A DNA stretch of 64,000 nt from Desulfobacterales bacterium (GTDB taxonomy: Bacteria; Desulfobacterota; Desulfobacteria; Desulfobacterales; UBA2174), in the NCBI GenBank assembly GCA_963668645.2, contig CAXXWC010000020.1:96001-160000 (forward strand). The letters run 5' to 3'. The notes beneath the pieces are model-generated. The model was not told the origin of the DNA, made no database searches, and saw only the letters and a list, made by a program, of their open reading frames with translations. Of this stretch, positions 19,924 to 30,586 are shown one piece after another. How positions within the stretch are numbered: position 1 is the first letter of the stretch; each line of letters starts with the position of its first letter. Made by a program: the position numbers and the translations under genes.

Positions 19924-22281
19924 ATGACAGAGACGCAAACGCAGGCCGCGATAAATCCGGAGAACCTGCCCGACGTCGTACCGATTCTGCCGCTTTTCGA
20001 CGCTGCCCTTTTCCCCAAAATGGTGCTTCCCCTGGTGGTGATGGAAGGGGACTCGGTGCGCCTGGTGGATGAGGCCATGGCGGCCAAACGGATCGTCGGA
20101 CTGCTGGTTTCCAAAAACCCCCCCGGGGAAAACAAGCAGGCCAAAGCCCTGATCGAAGATATGGCCGAGTTCGGCACAGCCGCCATCATCCTCAAGATGG
20201 CCAAAACCGAGGACAACCGGGCTCAGATGCTCGTTCAGGGCCTGGGGCGCTTCAAGGTTCAGGACTTCGTGGACGGAAAACCGTATCTCCAGGCCCGGGT
20301 GACCCATCTAGAAGACATCGAATATCATGACACGGAGATCGAGGCCCTCAAGACCAATCTGCAAAACCTCTTCGTGCGTATCGTGGAGCTGTCGCCGGGG
20401 CTGCCCCAGGAGATCGCGGTCATGGGCAAATCGATCCAGGAGCCGGGCATCCTGGCCGACATGGTCGCCTCGACCATCAACACTTCCGTGGTGGAAAAAC
20501 AGCAGGTGCTCGAATCCATCGACATCAAGGAACGGCTGCGCACCGTGACCCGCATCGCCACCCAGCAGCTTGAAATACTCGAGCTGGGCAACAAGATCCA
20601 GAGCCAGGTCAAGGGGGACATGGAACGCAGCCAGCGCGAGTACTACCTGCGCCAGCAGCTCAAGGCGATCAAGGAGGAGCTGGGGGAAAAGGATGAAAGC
20701 CAGGTGGAGGTGGAAGACTACCGGGCCCGCGTCGAGGCGGCCAACCTGCCGCCCGAGGCCCTGAAAGAGGCCGAGCGCGAAGTCGGCCGCCTGGCGCGCA
20801 TGCATCCGTCTTCTGCCGAGTACACGGTGGCGGCCACCTACCTGGACTGGATCACCTCTTTGCCCTGGCACGCCACCACCGAGGACAACCTGGATATCAA
20901 CAAGGCCCAGCAGGTTCTCGACGAGGACCATTACGGCCTGCAAAAGGTCAAGAAACGCATCGTGGAATACCTGGCGGTGCGCAAGCTCAAGCCCGACTCC
21001 AAGGGGCCGATCCTTTGTTTCGTCGGTCCCCCGGGCACGGGCAAGACATCCCTGGGGCGCAGCATCGCGCGGGCTCTGGGGCGTAAATTTCACCGCATCG
21101 CCCTGGGCGGGGTCCGCGACGAGGCCGAAATCCGCGGCCACCGGCGCACCTACGTGGGCGCCCTGCCGGGACGCATCATCCAGGGCCTGCGCCGGGCCGA
21201 ATCGAAAAACCCGATTTTCATGCTCGATGAGATCGACAAGGTGGGAAGCGATTTTCGCGGCGATCCGTCTTCGGCCCTGCTCGAGGTTCTTGATCCGGAG
21301 CAGAATTTTTCCTTTTCCGACCATTATCTCGATGTGCCCTTCGATCTTTCCAAGGTGATGTTCATCACCACCGCCAACATGCTCGACACGGTGCCGCCGG
21401 CCCTGCTCGACCGCATGGAGGTGCTAGAACTGGTGGGCTATACCGAGGACGAGAAGGTCAAGATCGCCCAGCGCTATCTTGTCCCGCGCCAGCGCGAGGC
21501 CCACGGTCTGAACGCCAGCCAGGTCAAGTTTACCGAAGGGGCCTTGCGGCGCATCATCGGCGGCTACACCCGGGAAGCGGGACTGCGCAACCTGGAACGG
21601 GAAATCGCCACCGTCTGCCGCGGCGTAGCCACCCTGATCGCCCAGGAAAAGGCGACCTCCGTGACCATCCGCATCCGCGATCTGCACCGGTATCTGGGAC
21701 CCGAAAAATTGGTGCCGGAAGCCGCCGAGCGGACCCTGACCCCGGGGGTGGCCATGGGGCTGGCCTGGACCCCGGTGGGCGGCAGCCTCCTTTTTATCGA
21801 GGCCACGGCCATGAAAGGGGGCAAGGGACTGACCCTGACCGGCCAACTGGGCGATGTGATGAAAGAATCGGCCACCGCGGCCCTGAGCTTTATCCGCGCC
21901 AACGCCAAATCCCTCGGGGTGGACGAAAAATTCTACGAAACCCGCGACCTGCACATTCACGTGCCGGCCGGGGCCATTCCCAAGGACGGCCCTTCGGCCG
22001 GGGTGACCATGCTCACCGCGCTGGCCTCTTTGCTCACCGGGCGCAAGGTCAAAAAAAATCTGGCCATGACCGGTGAAATCACCCTGCGCGGCCAGGTCCT
22101 GCCGGTGGGCGGAATCAAGGAAAAGATCCTGGCGGCGCACCGGGCCGGGATTCGTGAGATCATCATGCCCAAACGCAACGAAAAGGACCTCGAGGACGTT
22201 CCCGAGCCGGTCAAGCAACAGATCGCGTTTCACTTCGTTGAAAAGATGCGCGATGTGATCAGGATCGCGCTCGATGCCTGA
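19924..22281 (+). CDS. lon: ATP-dependent protease La (Lon)
   Basis: LON N-domain, [22 protein letters not shown] catalytic Ser, GGIKEK. Confidence 0.97.
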   Translation: MTETQTQAAINPENLPDVVPILPLFDAALFPKMVLPLVVMEGDSVRLVDEAMAAKRIVGLLVSKNPPGENKQAKALIEDMAEFGTAAIILKMAKTEDNRAQMLVQGLGRFKVQDFVDGKPYLQARVTHLEDIEYHDTEIEALKTNLQNLFVRIVELSPGLPQEIAVMGKSIQEPGILADMVASTINTSVVEKQQVLESIDIKERLRTVTRIATQQLEILELGNKIQSQVKGDMERSQREYYLRQQLKAIKEELGEKDESQVEVEDYRARVEAANLPPEALKEAEREVGRLARMHPSSAEYTVAATYLDWITSLPWHATTEDNLDINKAQQVLDEDHYGLQKVKKRIVEYLAVRKLKPDSKGPILCFVGPPGTGKTSLGRSIARALGRKFHRIALGGVRDEAEIRGHRRTYVGALPGRIIQGLRRAESKNPIFMLDEIDKVGSDFRGDPSSALLEVLDPEQNFSFSDHYLDVPFDLSKVMFITTANMLDTVPPALLDRMEVLELVGYTEDEKVKIAQRYLVPRQREAHGLNASQVKFTEGALRRIIGGYTREAGLRNLEREIATVCRGVATLIAQEKATSVTIRIRDLHRYLGPEKLVPEAAERTLTPGVAMGLAWTPVGGSLLFIEATAMKGGKGLTLTGQLGDVMKESATAALSFIRANAKSLGVDEKFYETRDLHIHVPAGAIPKDGPSAGVTMLTALASLLTGRKVKKNLAMTGEITLRGQVLPVGGIKEKILAAHRAGIREIIMPKRNEKDLEDVPEPVKQQIAFHFVEKMRDVIRIALDA

Positions 22282-23134
22282 CCGGAAGGTGCAGCAGGAT
22301 GGGGCGGCCGCGTTGAAAGGCGCGGGTCCGGCCTCTGGCCGGGCCGGTACCGGTCTTGGCTGGTTCGCTTGGCTCCTGATCCTCTGGCTGGCGGCCGGGT
22401 GCGCATCCGAACCGCGTCCTGTTTTAACGGTTCCGCCCGGTGCACCCGAACCGGCACGGCAGCCGCCCGCGCCGCCGGAAGCCCCCCGGCTGCCCAAGCC
22501 GTACGCCATCGACGGCAAGTGGTATCAACCCCTGCCCAGTGCCCAGGGCTATGTGGAAGAGGGTCTGGCCTCCTGGTACGGCCGGCAGTTTCACGGGCGG
22601 CCCACCGCCAACGGCGAGTCGTACGACATGTATGCGGTCAGCGCGGCGCACAAGACCCTGCCGCTGGGCACCTGGGTCGAGGTGCAAAACCTGGAAAACG
22701 GCCGGAGTCTGGATCTGCGCATCAACGACCGCGGCCCATTCGTCGACGGGCGCATCATCGATCTTTCTTACGGGGCGGCCCGCAAACTGGGGGTGGTCGA
22801 ACCGGGAACGGCCCGGGTGAAGGTCGTTGCCCTGGGGCGGCGGACGGCCGCAGCCGGGCCGGGGCAGGCACCGGTCTATGCGCCCCTGGACTACGATCAC
22901 GGCAACTTCACCTTCCAGGTGGGGGCGTTCAAGGAGCCGGCCAATGCCTACCGCCTGCGCGACCGCCTGGCCCCCGCCTACGCCAACGTACACATCACGA
23001 CCTATTTTCATGCCGACCACGGCAATCTGTACGGCGTGCGCCTCGGGCGTGCCACGATCCTCTCGGAGGCGGCCCGTTTCAAGGCGCAGCTGCGCGCCGC
23101 CGGCTTCGATGGGGCCTTTACCATCGCCGAATGA
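22274..23134 (+). CDS. rlpA: Septal ring lytic transglycosylase RlpA (DPBB + SPOR)
   Basis: Lipobox [38 protein letters not shown]. Confidence 0.92.
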   Translation: MPDRKVQQDGAAALKGAGPASGRAGTGLGWFAWLLILWLAAGCASEPRPVLTVPPGAPEPARQPPAPPEAPRLPKPYAIDGKWYQPLPSAQGYVEEGLASWYGRQFHGRPTANGESYDMYAVSAAHKTLPLGTWVEVQNLENGRSLDLRINDRGPFVDGRIIDLSYGAARKLGVVEPGTARVKVVALGRRTAAAGPGQAPVYAPLDYDHGNFTFQVGAFKEPANAYRLRDRLAPAYANVHITTYFHADHGNLYGVRLGRATILSEAARFKAQLRAAGFDGAFTIAE

Positions 23135-23151
23135 GCCCGGCGAGCAGGAGC

Positions 23152-23727
23152 ATGATGACTCAGCCGGTGGTCTTTCTCGATCGCGATGGGGTGATCAACC
23201 ACGACTCGGACGCCTATATCAAGGGCTGGGCCGAATTCCGGTTCATCCCCGGCAGCCTTGAAGCGCTAAAGCGGCTTACGGCGGCCGGGTTCGCCCTGGT
23301 GGTGGTCACCAACCAGTCGGGCATCGGCCGCGGCCTGATCAGCCTGGCGGACCTTGAAGAGATCCACACCCGCATGGGCGAGGCCGTCCGGCGCCATGGC
23401 GGCCGGCTTCGCGACGTCCTTTTTTGCCCCCATTTGCCGCAGGAAGGATGTTGCTGCCGCAAGCCTCACCCCGGCCTGATCGAGGCGGCCTGCCGGCGCC
23501 ACGGCCTGGATCCGGCCGCCGCCGTAATGGTGGGCGACAGCGCCAGGGACATCCTCTGCGGCCGCAACGCCGGATGCCGGGCGACGGTGCTGGTGCGCAC
23601 CGGCCGCTGGGGCCCGGCGCTGGCCGAACTGCAACGCCAGGATGCGGCCCCGGACGCGGTGTGCGACGATCTGGCCGCTGCCGCCGGATGGATCATGGGG
23701 CGCTTTACCCGGAGGATCCTTTCATGA
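23152..23727 (+). CDS. gmhB: D,D-heptose 1,7-bisphosphate phosphatase
   Basis: FLDRDGVIN, VTNQSGIGRG, CPH..C.CRKP.PG, MVGD. Confidence 0.9.
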   Translation: MMTQPVVFLDRDGVINHDSDAYIKGWAEFRFIPGSLEALKRLTAAGFALVVVTNQSGIGRGLISLADLEEIHTRMGEAVRRHGGRLRDVLFCPHLPQEGCCCRKPHPGLIEAACRRHGLDPAAAVMVGDSARDILCGRNAGCRATVLVRTGRWGPALAELQRQDAAPDAVCDDLAAAAGWIMGRFTRRILS

Positions 23728-25919
23728 GTTCGGGCCGGTCACGACCAGCGCGCCGGTTCTCCGAGCAGACCGCGGCGACCATCGAAGGGACCATCGCCCA
23801 CATCACCTATCAGGATTGCGAGACCCATTACACCGTGGCCCGCTTTCGTTCCCGGGACGGGGGGCAGATCACCATCGTCGGCCACCTGGTGGGACTGCGG
23901 GGCGAAGAGCGGCTGCGCCTGGAGGGATGCTGGCAGCAACACCGGCGCTTCGGCGCGCAGTTTGCCGTGCAGCGCTACGAGATCCTGATGCCGGCCGATG
24001 TGGAAGGGATCCGGGCCTACCTGGCCGGGGGGGCCGTCGCGGGTCTCGGACCGGCGCTGGCCGAGCGGCTGGTGGCTTTTTTCGGCGCCTACACCCTTGC
24101 GGTGCTCGACAGTGCGGACGGCCGGCTTGAGGCGGTTCCGGGAATCGGCCCCAAGCGCGCGGCGGCCATCGGCGAGGCCTGGGCGGCCCACCACGAACTG
24201 CGGCGCCTGATGCACTTTTTGCAGTCCAACGGGATCAGCCCGGCTTACACGGCGCGGATCCACCGGCTTTACGGGGCCGAAGCCGAAACGGTGCTGCGGG
24301 CCGAGCCTTACCGGCTGGCCGAAGATCTTCCCGGGCCGGGGTTTCTATTGTCCGATGCCCTGGCCGCCCATCTCGGAATGGCCCCGGATGCGCCTGTGCG
24401 CGTGGGCGCCTGTCTGCACCACCTCATGGATGCGGCCTGCCGCGAGGGGCATGTCTGGTCGTCACGCGAGGCGCTTCTGGGCGCTGTTGAACAGCGTTTC
24501 GGGATCGATCGGATCGACGCCGAAGCCAGCCTGGCGGACCAGATCGACGCCGGGACCCTGGTGCAAGGACCGATCCCCGAGGAGCCGGACGACACCGCGG
24601 TCTATCCGGCCCCGCTCTACGCGGCTGAAAAGGTCATCGTACGGCGCATTGCCGCCCTTTTGGCCGTCCCCCTTGCCGAGACACCGCCGCCGGCCGAAGA
24701 GATCTCCAGGCGGGTTTTCGCCGCCCTGGCCGTCTCGCCGTCTCCGGAGCAGCTTGAAGTTCTGGAGGCCAGCCTGGCCCAGCACATCGCCATCGTCACC
24801 GGCGGTCCCGGCACCGGCAAGACGACCCTGATCCGGGCCTACAGCGCCTTGGCCGAAGCCGCCGGCCGACGGGTCCTGCTTGCCGCTCCCACGGGCCGTG
24901 CCGCCCGCCGCCTGGCCGAGATCACCGGCCGGGCCGCCGTCACGGTGCACCGGCTTCTTGGCTTGAATCCTTCAGACGGCAGCTTTCTCCACGGTGCGGA
25001 CAATCCCCTGGATACCGACGCCCTGATCGTGGACGAAGCCTCGATGCTCGACACCGAGATCACCGAACACCTGCTGCGGGCCCTGCCCTTGAGCGCTACC
25101 CTGCTGCTGGTGGGCGACGCCTTTCAACTGCCTTCGGTGGGGCCGGGAAGCGTGCTGGCCGATCTGTTGGCCTGCCAACGGATTCCGGTCTACGAACTGA
25201 CCGCCATCTTTCGCCAGTCGGCCGCCAGCCCCATTATCGTCAATGCGCATCGACTGCGCCAGGGGGCAATGCCGGATCTGGACATCGCTTCGGTCAAGGG
25301 CGCTGAATTTCAATTCATCGAAGTTCAGGATCCGGCCACGGCGGTGCACACCGTGGTGGATCTGTGCCGCGGCCTGGCAGAGGAACTGGGCTGCGATCCG
25401 ATCCGCCAGATCCAGGTGCTCACCCCGATGCACCGGGGCGAGGCCGGGACTATCAATCTCAACGCCGTGCTGCAAAAAGCCCTAAATCCGCACGGGGCCG
25501 AAACCGGTGGGTTCCGGCCGGGGGACAAGGTCATGCACCTGAAAAACAACTATGTCAAAGAGGTGTTCAACGGGGATATCGGCATCGTGGCCGGACCGGC
25601 GGACAAAGACCGGGTGCTGGAGGTTGAGTTTGAAGGACGTCACGTTCGCTACGCCCCCGACGAACAGGACCAACTGGCCCTGGCCTACGCCATAACGGTT
25701 CATAAAAGCCAAGGCTCTGAATACCCGGCGGTGGTAGTGCCCCTGCTGACCCAGCACTATCCTTTGCTGCAGCGCAACCTGCTTTATACCGCGCTGACCC
25801 GGGGACGCGAGCGGGTGGTGCTCGTCGGCAGTCGCAAGGCCCTGGCCATTGCCGTGCATAACCAGCGACCCGCCCAGCGGCGCACGGGATTGCGCCACCG
25901 GCTGCAAGGCGCTTTTTAA
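23724..25919 (+). CDS. recD2: RecD2-type ATP-dependent DNA helicase
   Basis: N-terminal OB/HhH (GIGPKRA), TGGPGTGKT, APTGRAA, VDEASM, QLPSVG, AYAITVHKSQGSE. Confidence 0.93.
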   Translation: MSSGRSRPARRFSEQTAATIEGTIAHITYQDCETHYTVARFRSRDGGQITIVGHLVGLRGEERLRLEGCWQQHRRFGAQFAVQRYEILMPADVEGIRAYLAGGAVAGLGPALAERLVAFFGAYTLAVLDSADGRLEAVPGIGPKRAAAIGEAWAAHHELRRLMHFLQSNGISPAYTARIHRLYGAEAETVLRAEPYRLAEDLPGPGFLLSDALAAHLGMAPDAPVRVGACLHHLMDAACREGHVWSSREALLGAVEQRFGIDRIDAEASLADQIDAGTLVQGPIPEEPDDTAVYPAPLYAAEKVIVRRIAALLAVPLAETPPPAEEISRRVFAALAVSPSPEQLEVLEASLAQHIAIVTGGPGTGKTTLIRAYSALAEAAGRRVLLAAPTGRAARRLAEITGRAAVTVHRLLGLNPSDGSFLHGADNPLDTDALIVDEASMLDTEITEHLLRALPLSATLLLVGDAFQLPSVGPGSVLADLLACQRIPVYELTAIFRQSAASPIIVNAHRLRQGAMPDLDIASVKGAEFQFIEVQDPATAVHTVVDLCRGLAEELGCDPIRQIQVLTPMHRGEAGTINLNAVLQKALNPHGAETGGFRPGDKVMHLKNNYVKEVFNGDIGIVAGPADKDRVLEVEFEGRHVRYAPDEQDQLALAYAITVHKSQGSEYPAVVVPLLTQHYPLLQRNLLYTALTRGRERVVLVGSRKALAIAVHNQRPAQRRTGLRHRLQGAF

Positions 25920-26139
25920 AGAGGCGCCTTGCATGGCAAGCTATAAAAAAGCTTGAAATTTTGGCCGTTATTGAATATATGACAAAAGCGTAAAAAATCC
26001 TCCTGATCACAAAGATTCAAGCGATGTTCATATATTGTGGGTGATTTTATCTGTTTTTGCACTCCTGGTGCCTTTGATTTGAGGGAAACCGATTTTTTTG
26101 TAAAAACATAAACATAAACACATCAATCCCAAAGAGGCC

Positions 26140-26979
26140 ATGATGAAAAAGCCGTCTTATTTTCTGTTTCCCCTCCTCGTCGTTTTGTTTCTCTCTGTTT
26201 GGGCGGTCAGTGCTGCGGCCTTGACCCTGAGCGAACAATACTACCAGAAGCACCCCCTCAAGGCCGATGGGCTCGAAAAGACCTGGGGTGCGCCGGTGGC
26301 GACCCAGGATCTGGCCAACGGGATGCAAAAACGCGTCTACAAGGTGCGCAATCCCTATCCGGAAACCCTCTCCTACCGCTTTTTCATCGTCAAGGACGAC
26401 CGCGTGGTGTCCAGCGGTCTTTCCGATACGGCCGGAGTGGAGAAGATGGCCGCCAGCGGCGGCACCACGACCCTGCCGCTAAGTCGGATCAGCGAGTCCT
26501 ACTACAGCCGGCATCCGATGAAGGCCGAAGAAGTCAAACATATCTGGGGCAAGCCGGTGGTGTCCAAAAGCGTCGATGAAGGCATCGAGCAGTGGATCTT
26601 CGAGATCGAAAATCCCTACCCGGCCCAGTTAAAGTACCGCTATTTCACCATCAAGGACGGGATGGTGCTCGCCAGCGGCGTTACCGATATCATCGGCACG
26701 GAAAATGAAGCGGCCACCTGCGGTACGGAAGGCCCGCCGGCGGCCCAACTCAGCAAACTCTACTACGGCAAGTTCAACCTCACGGCCGAAGAAGTGGCCA
26801 AGACCTGGGGCCAGCCGGTTCTGGTCCAGAAGCTGGACAACGGAATGGAAAACCGCGTCTTTCGCATTCCCAATCCCTATCCGGAACAGTTCAAGTACCG
26901 CTACTTTCTCATGCGCAACGGCAAGGTGGTGGCCAGCGGTGTTTCGGAAACCGCCGCCTGCGACATCGGCCTGCAATAA
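26140..26979 (+). CDS. Secreted hypothetical protein with three 87-aa tandem repeats
   Basis: Signal-peptide-like N-terminus; YY..WG.PV..G..NPYP..YR.F..SG repeated at 26227, 26488, 26749. Confidence 0.8.
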   Translation: MMKKPSYFLFPLLVVLFLSVWAVSAAALTLSEQYYQKHPLKADGLEKTWGAPVATQDLANGMQKRVYKVRNPYPETLSYRFFIVKDDRVVSSGLSDTAGVEKMAASGGTTTLPLSRISESYYSRHPMKAEEVKHIWGKPVVSKSVDEGIEQWIFEIENPYPAQLKYRYFTIKDGMVLASGVTDIIGTENEAATCGTEGPPAAQLSKLYYGKFNLTAEEVAKTWGQPVLVQKLDNGMENRVFRIPNPYPEQFKYRYFLMRNGKVVASGVSETAACDIGLQ

Positions 26980-26993
26980 GCTTCTTCCCGGGC

Positions 26994-27025
26994 GCGGCAC
27001 CGCGGTTCGACCACCGCGGTGCCGC
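26994..27025 (+). terminator. 13-bp perfect hairpin after the repeat-protein gene
   Basis: GCGGCACCGCGGT-tcgacc-ACCGCGGTGCCGC; no strong U tract. Confidence 0.5.
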
Positions 27026-27200
27026 CGCTTGCGGAGTCGATATTCCCGCCTGAAATCCGATGCCCTGCCCCCCAGCGGTAATTGCTGCACGAGACCATCC
27101 TTGCCTTGAATCGCGGTGCCTTTTCCAGTAGTCTGGCCGCCACGCGACGCGCCGCAGCGTCGGCGTGCGCCCGTGCCAATACCCAAGAGACCACCGTGCA

Positions 27201-28280
27201 ATGACCGATCAAACCGTTTCGTCCCCTCGCTGGAAGCAGATTCTTGCCAAGAGTGTCACATCCCCGGCCGCCCTGCCACGGCGGCTCGATTTGCCGCATC
27301 GCCGGCCCCTCGAAGCGGTGGCCGCCCGCTACCCGATGCGCATCAACCCATACTGGCTCGACCAGATGAAGGCTCCGGGGGACCCGTTCTGGCGCCAGGC
27401 CATGCCGGATCCGGCGGAGCTGCTGGATGAGGGCGGAGAGGCCGATCCACTGGCAGAGGCGGTCCAGTCGCCGGTTCCCGGACTGATCCACCGCTATCCG
27501 GACCGGGTCGTGTTTCTCGTCTCGGACCGCTGTGCCCTGTATTGCCGCCACTGCATGCGCAAACGGCGCGTCGGCCGGTCCCGGCAGGACCGGAAGGCGG
27601 ACCTCGAGGCCGGGATCGCCTATATCCGGCGCACACCGGCGGTGCGCGAAGTGATCCTTTCCGGCGGCGACCCCCTGATGCTGGACGATGCAATCCTCGA
27701 TGAGCTTCTGACCCGGCTCAGGACCATCGCCCACGTATCCCTGCTGCGGATTCACACCCGCATGCCCTGCACCCTGCCCCAACGCATCACCCCTTTTCTG
27801 GTGCGGATGCTGGCGCGGCACCATCCGCTCTATGTCAACACCCAGTTCAACCATCCGGCCGAGATGACCCCGGCGGCCGCGGCCGCCTGCCGCCGGCTGG
27901 TGCAAGCCGGAATCCCGCTGGGGTGCCAGACGGTGTTGCTCAGGGGCGTCAACGACGATGCGGCTGTCATGGCCGAGTTGATGCGGACCCTGCTGGCCTG
28001 CCGAGTGAGGCCCTACTACCTGCATCAGATGGACCCGGTGGCCGGTACGGCCCATTTCCGGACTTCTGTGGCCACCGGTTTGGCCGTCATGTCGGCCCTG
28101 CGCGGGCGGATACCCGGAATCGGCGTGCCCCAGTTTATGATCGATCTTCCCGGCGGCGGCGGCAAGGTTCCTCTGCTGCCCGAGCAGGTAGTGGCCCGCT
28201 GCGGCGCGGTCTGGAAGGTCCGCAGTTACAACGGTGGCATCTACGACTACCCGGTCGGAGAAAAGGAGGTCGGAAGATGA
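27201..28280 (+). CDS. KamA-family (lysine 2,3-aminomutase/EpmB-like) radical SAM protein
   Basis: HRYPDRV, CALYCRHC, LSGGDPL, RIHTR, QTVLLRGVND, DLPGGGGK. Confidence 0.9.
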   Translation: MTDQTVSSPRWKQILAKSVTSPAALPRRLDLPHRRPLEAVAARYPMRINPYWLDQMKAPGDPFWRQAMPDPAELLDEGGEADPLAEAVQSPVPGLIHRYPDRVVFLVSDRCALYCRHCMRKRRVGRSRQDRKADLEAGIAYIRRTPAVREVILSGGDPLMLDDAILDELLTRLRTIAHVSLLRIHTRMPCTLPQRITPFLVRMLARHHPLYVNTQFNHPAEMTPAAAAACRRLVQAGIPLGCQTVLLRGVNDDAAVMAELMRTLLACRVRPYYLHQMDPVAGTAHFRTSVATGLAVMSALRGRIPGIGVPQFMIDLPGGGGKVPLLPEQVVARCGAVWKVRSYNGGIYDYPVGEKEVGR

Positions 28281-29629
28281 CGGCTGCGCCGCCAAAACCG
28301 CCTCGTGCGCTCCACCGCAGACAGCCGATCGTTGCCCTGGCGGCCGACGCCCGGGGCCGGATCATCGAAATGCCCGGGTACCAGGCCGTGGGAATGGCCG
28401 GTGGGGATTTTCTCCCCCTGACCACGGCCGATACTCTGCCCATGCCCCACGGGGGCGAATTGATGATGCTCCCGGATCGCTCTCCCGTGCTTTTCAACCT
28501 CGATACCGGGCGGCTCGAAACCTTGACCCGCAACCCCTGGGACCCGCAAGAACCGCTGTTTGCCGTGGCCGCCTTCAATTCCCCGGGCTATGTCAATACC
28601 CGGCTGAGCGCCTTTGTGGAAAACCCCGAGGCCCGGATCCTGCCGCTTTTCAGCTACGGGGCGGTGGGATGGCACGCCGGTGCCTTTCACACCCCCCTGA
28701 TCCGGGTGGACCGCGAACCGCGCCAGGACCTGCGGCGCATGCCCCGGGAGAAGGTGGTGTCCGGGGTTGCCCGCCTGCGCCGGAAGATGCCGGAGAACCG
28801 GCTGCGTAGCCACCTGGAGCGCTGCGCCCTGGAGTACGGGTGCCCGGCGGGCAAGAATTTTTTTCTCGGCCGCTACGAGGCCCCCCTGCCCACCTCCCGG
28901 GCCTGCAATGCCCGTTGCCTGGGCTGTATTTCGCTGCAGAGCGATCCGGATCTGTGCAGCAGCCAGAACCGGATCGATTTCACCCCGTCGCCCGAGGAGA
29001 TCGCCGAAGTGGCCCTCTTTCACATCCTGCGCGTGCCCCGGGCGGTGGTCTCATTCGGCCAGGGCTGCGAGGGCGATCCGCTGCTGGCCGCCGAGGTCAT
29101 CGCGCCGGCCATCCGCATCATCCGCCGCCGGACCGACCGCGGAACGGTCAACCTGAACACCAACGCCAGCCGCCCGGCGGTCCTGGAGGCGCTCTTTGAT
29201 GCCGGCCTGGACAGCATCCGAGTCAGCCTCAACAGTGTCCGCCCCCCGTGCTACACCGCCTATTTTCGTCCCCGGGACTATACCTTCGCCGATGTGACCG
29301 CCAGCATCGACCTGGCCCGCGGCAGGGGGCGCTTCGTGGCGGTCAACTACCTCAACTGCCCGGGGGTTACCGACAGCCCCGAGGAAGCCGAGGCCCTGGC
29401 CGACTTTGTCCGGCGCCACCGCATCGACATGATCCAGTGGCGCAACCTCAACTTTGATCCGCTGCGCTACCATCGGGCCATGGCCGCCGCCGCCCCTCTG
29501 GGGCTGCCGGTGGGCATGACCCGTTTGATCGGGGCGATGCGCCGCGATTTTCCGCACCTGATGCACGGCTACTTCAACCCGCCACGGGAACGATGGGGCG
29601 CTGATACCGGCCGAAAAAAGGATCCGTAA
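28277..29629 (+). CDS. Radical SAM protein of unknown function
   Basis: CNARCLGC (CX3CX2C), SFGQGCEGDP, NLNTNAS, IQWRNLNFDP. Confidence 0.85.
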   Translation: MTAAPPKPPRALHRRQPIVALAADARGRIIEMPGYQAVGMAGGDFLPLTTADTLPMPHGGELMMLPDRSPVLFNLDTGRLETLTRNPWDPQEPLFAVAAFNSPGYVNTRLSAFVENPEARILPLFSYGAVGWHAGAFHTPLIRVDREPRQDLRRMPREKVVSGVARLRRKMPENRLRSHLERCALEYGCPAGKNFFLGRYEAPLPTSRACNARCLGCISLQSDPDLCSSQNRIDFTPSPEEIAEVALFHILRVPRAVVSFGQGCEGDPLLAAEVIAPAIRIIRRRTDRGTVNLNTNASRPAVLEALFDAGLDSIRVSLNSVRPPCYTAYFRPRDYTFADVTASIDLARGRGRFVAVNYLNCPGVTDSPEEAEALADFVRRHRIDMIQWRNLNFDPLRYHRAMAAAAPLGLPVGMTRLIGAMRRDFPHLMHGYFNPPRERWGADTGRKKDP

Positions 29630-29632
29630 TCC

Positions 29633-30586
29633 ATGGATTGGCTTGAACTGAAAGTGATTTTCGAAAGCAGCGACCCGGAGTTGGCCGCCGACCTGATCGC
29701 CGACCGGTTTTATGAGGCCGGCGTTGCCGGGGTGGTGATCGAAACCCCGGAAAAGGATCCGGGGGCCGATTGGGGCGCCGATGCCGTCCCGCCGCCCGAG
29801 CATCACGCCGTGCTCGGGTATCTGCCGGTCACCGAGACCCTGACCGAAAGGCGCCGCTCGGTCATCGACGGTGTGACAAGGCTGTTCGACCGGCTGGGGG
29901 TGGCGATTGAAATCCGTACCCGGAACCTTCGCGACGAGGACTGGGCCGAGTCGTGGAAGGCCTTTTTTCACCCCCTGCGGGTCGGCCGGCGCCTGGTGAT
30001 CAAGCCGACCTGGCATGAATACAGCGCCGCTGCCGATGACATCGTGCTGGAGATCGACCCGGGCATGGCCTTCGGCAGCGGGACCCATTCCACCACCCGT
30101 ATGTGCCTGGAGCTGATCGAAGCATACCTCAAGCCCGGCGCAAGGGTCCTGGATGTGGGCACCGGATCGGGGATCTTGCTGCTGGCGGCCGCCCGGTTGG
30201 GGGCCGGCGCGATGGAGGGGCTGGACATCGACGATGTGGCGGTGGCCGTGGCCGCCGAGAACCTGCGCTGCAACGCGATTGCGCCCGAACGCTGGTGCAT
30301 CGGGCGCGGTACGATTCACCAGGCGGCCACGGGTGCCTACGATCTTGTGGCGGCCAACATCCTTTCCGAAGTCATCATTCCCATCCTGCCCGAAGTGGCG
30401 CGGGTGATGGCCGACGGCGGGCGCTTCATCGCCTCGGGGGTCGTGGCGCCCAACGCGCCCAAGGTCGAGGCGGCCTTGCAGGCCGCCGGGCTGGAAGCCG
30501 TCGAGGTGCGCCGGATGGAGGACTGGGTCGCCATGGTGGCGGTGCGCGCCGACGCCGAATCAGATCAGGGTCCGCACCATTTGTGA
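29633..30586 (+). CDS. prmA: Ribosomal protein L11 methyltransferase
   Basis: DWAESWK, IDPGMAFGSGTH.TT, VLDVGTGSGIL, ANIL. Confidence 0.95.
   Translation: MDWLELKVIFESSDPELAADLIADRFYEAGVAGVVIETPEKDPGADWGADAVPPPEHHAVLGYLPVTETLTERRRSVIDGVTRLFDRLGVAIEIRTRNLRDEDWAESWKAFFHPLRVGRRLVIKPTWHEYSAAADDIVLEIDPGMAFGSGTHSTTRMCLELIEAYLKPGARVLDVGTGSGILLLAAARLGAGAMEGLDIDDVAVAVAAENLRCNAIAPERWCIGRGTIHQAATGAYDLVAANILSEVIIPILPEVARVMADGGRFIASGVVAPNAPKVEAALQAAGLEAVEVRRMEDWVAMVAVRADAESDQGPHHL

Noticed and set aside
25920..26139. Replication origin or CRISPR leader in the AT-rich spacer
   Set aside because: No DnaA box cluster, repeat-spacer array or cas genes; better explained as a promoter region.
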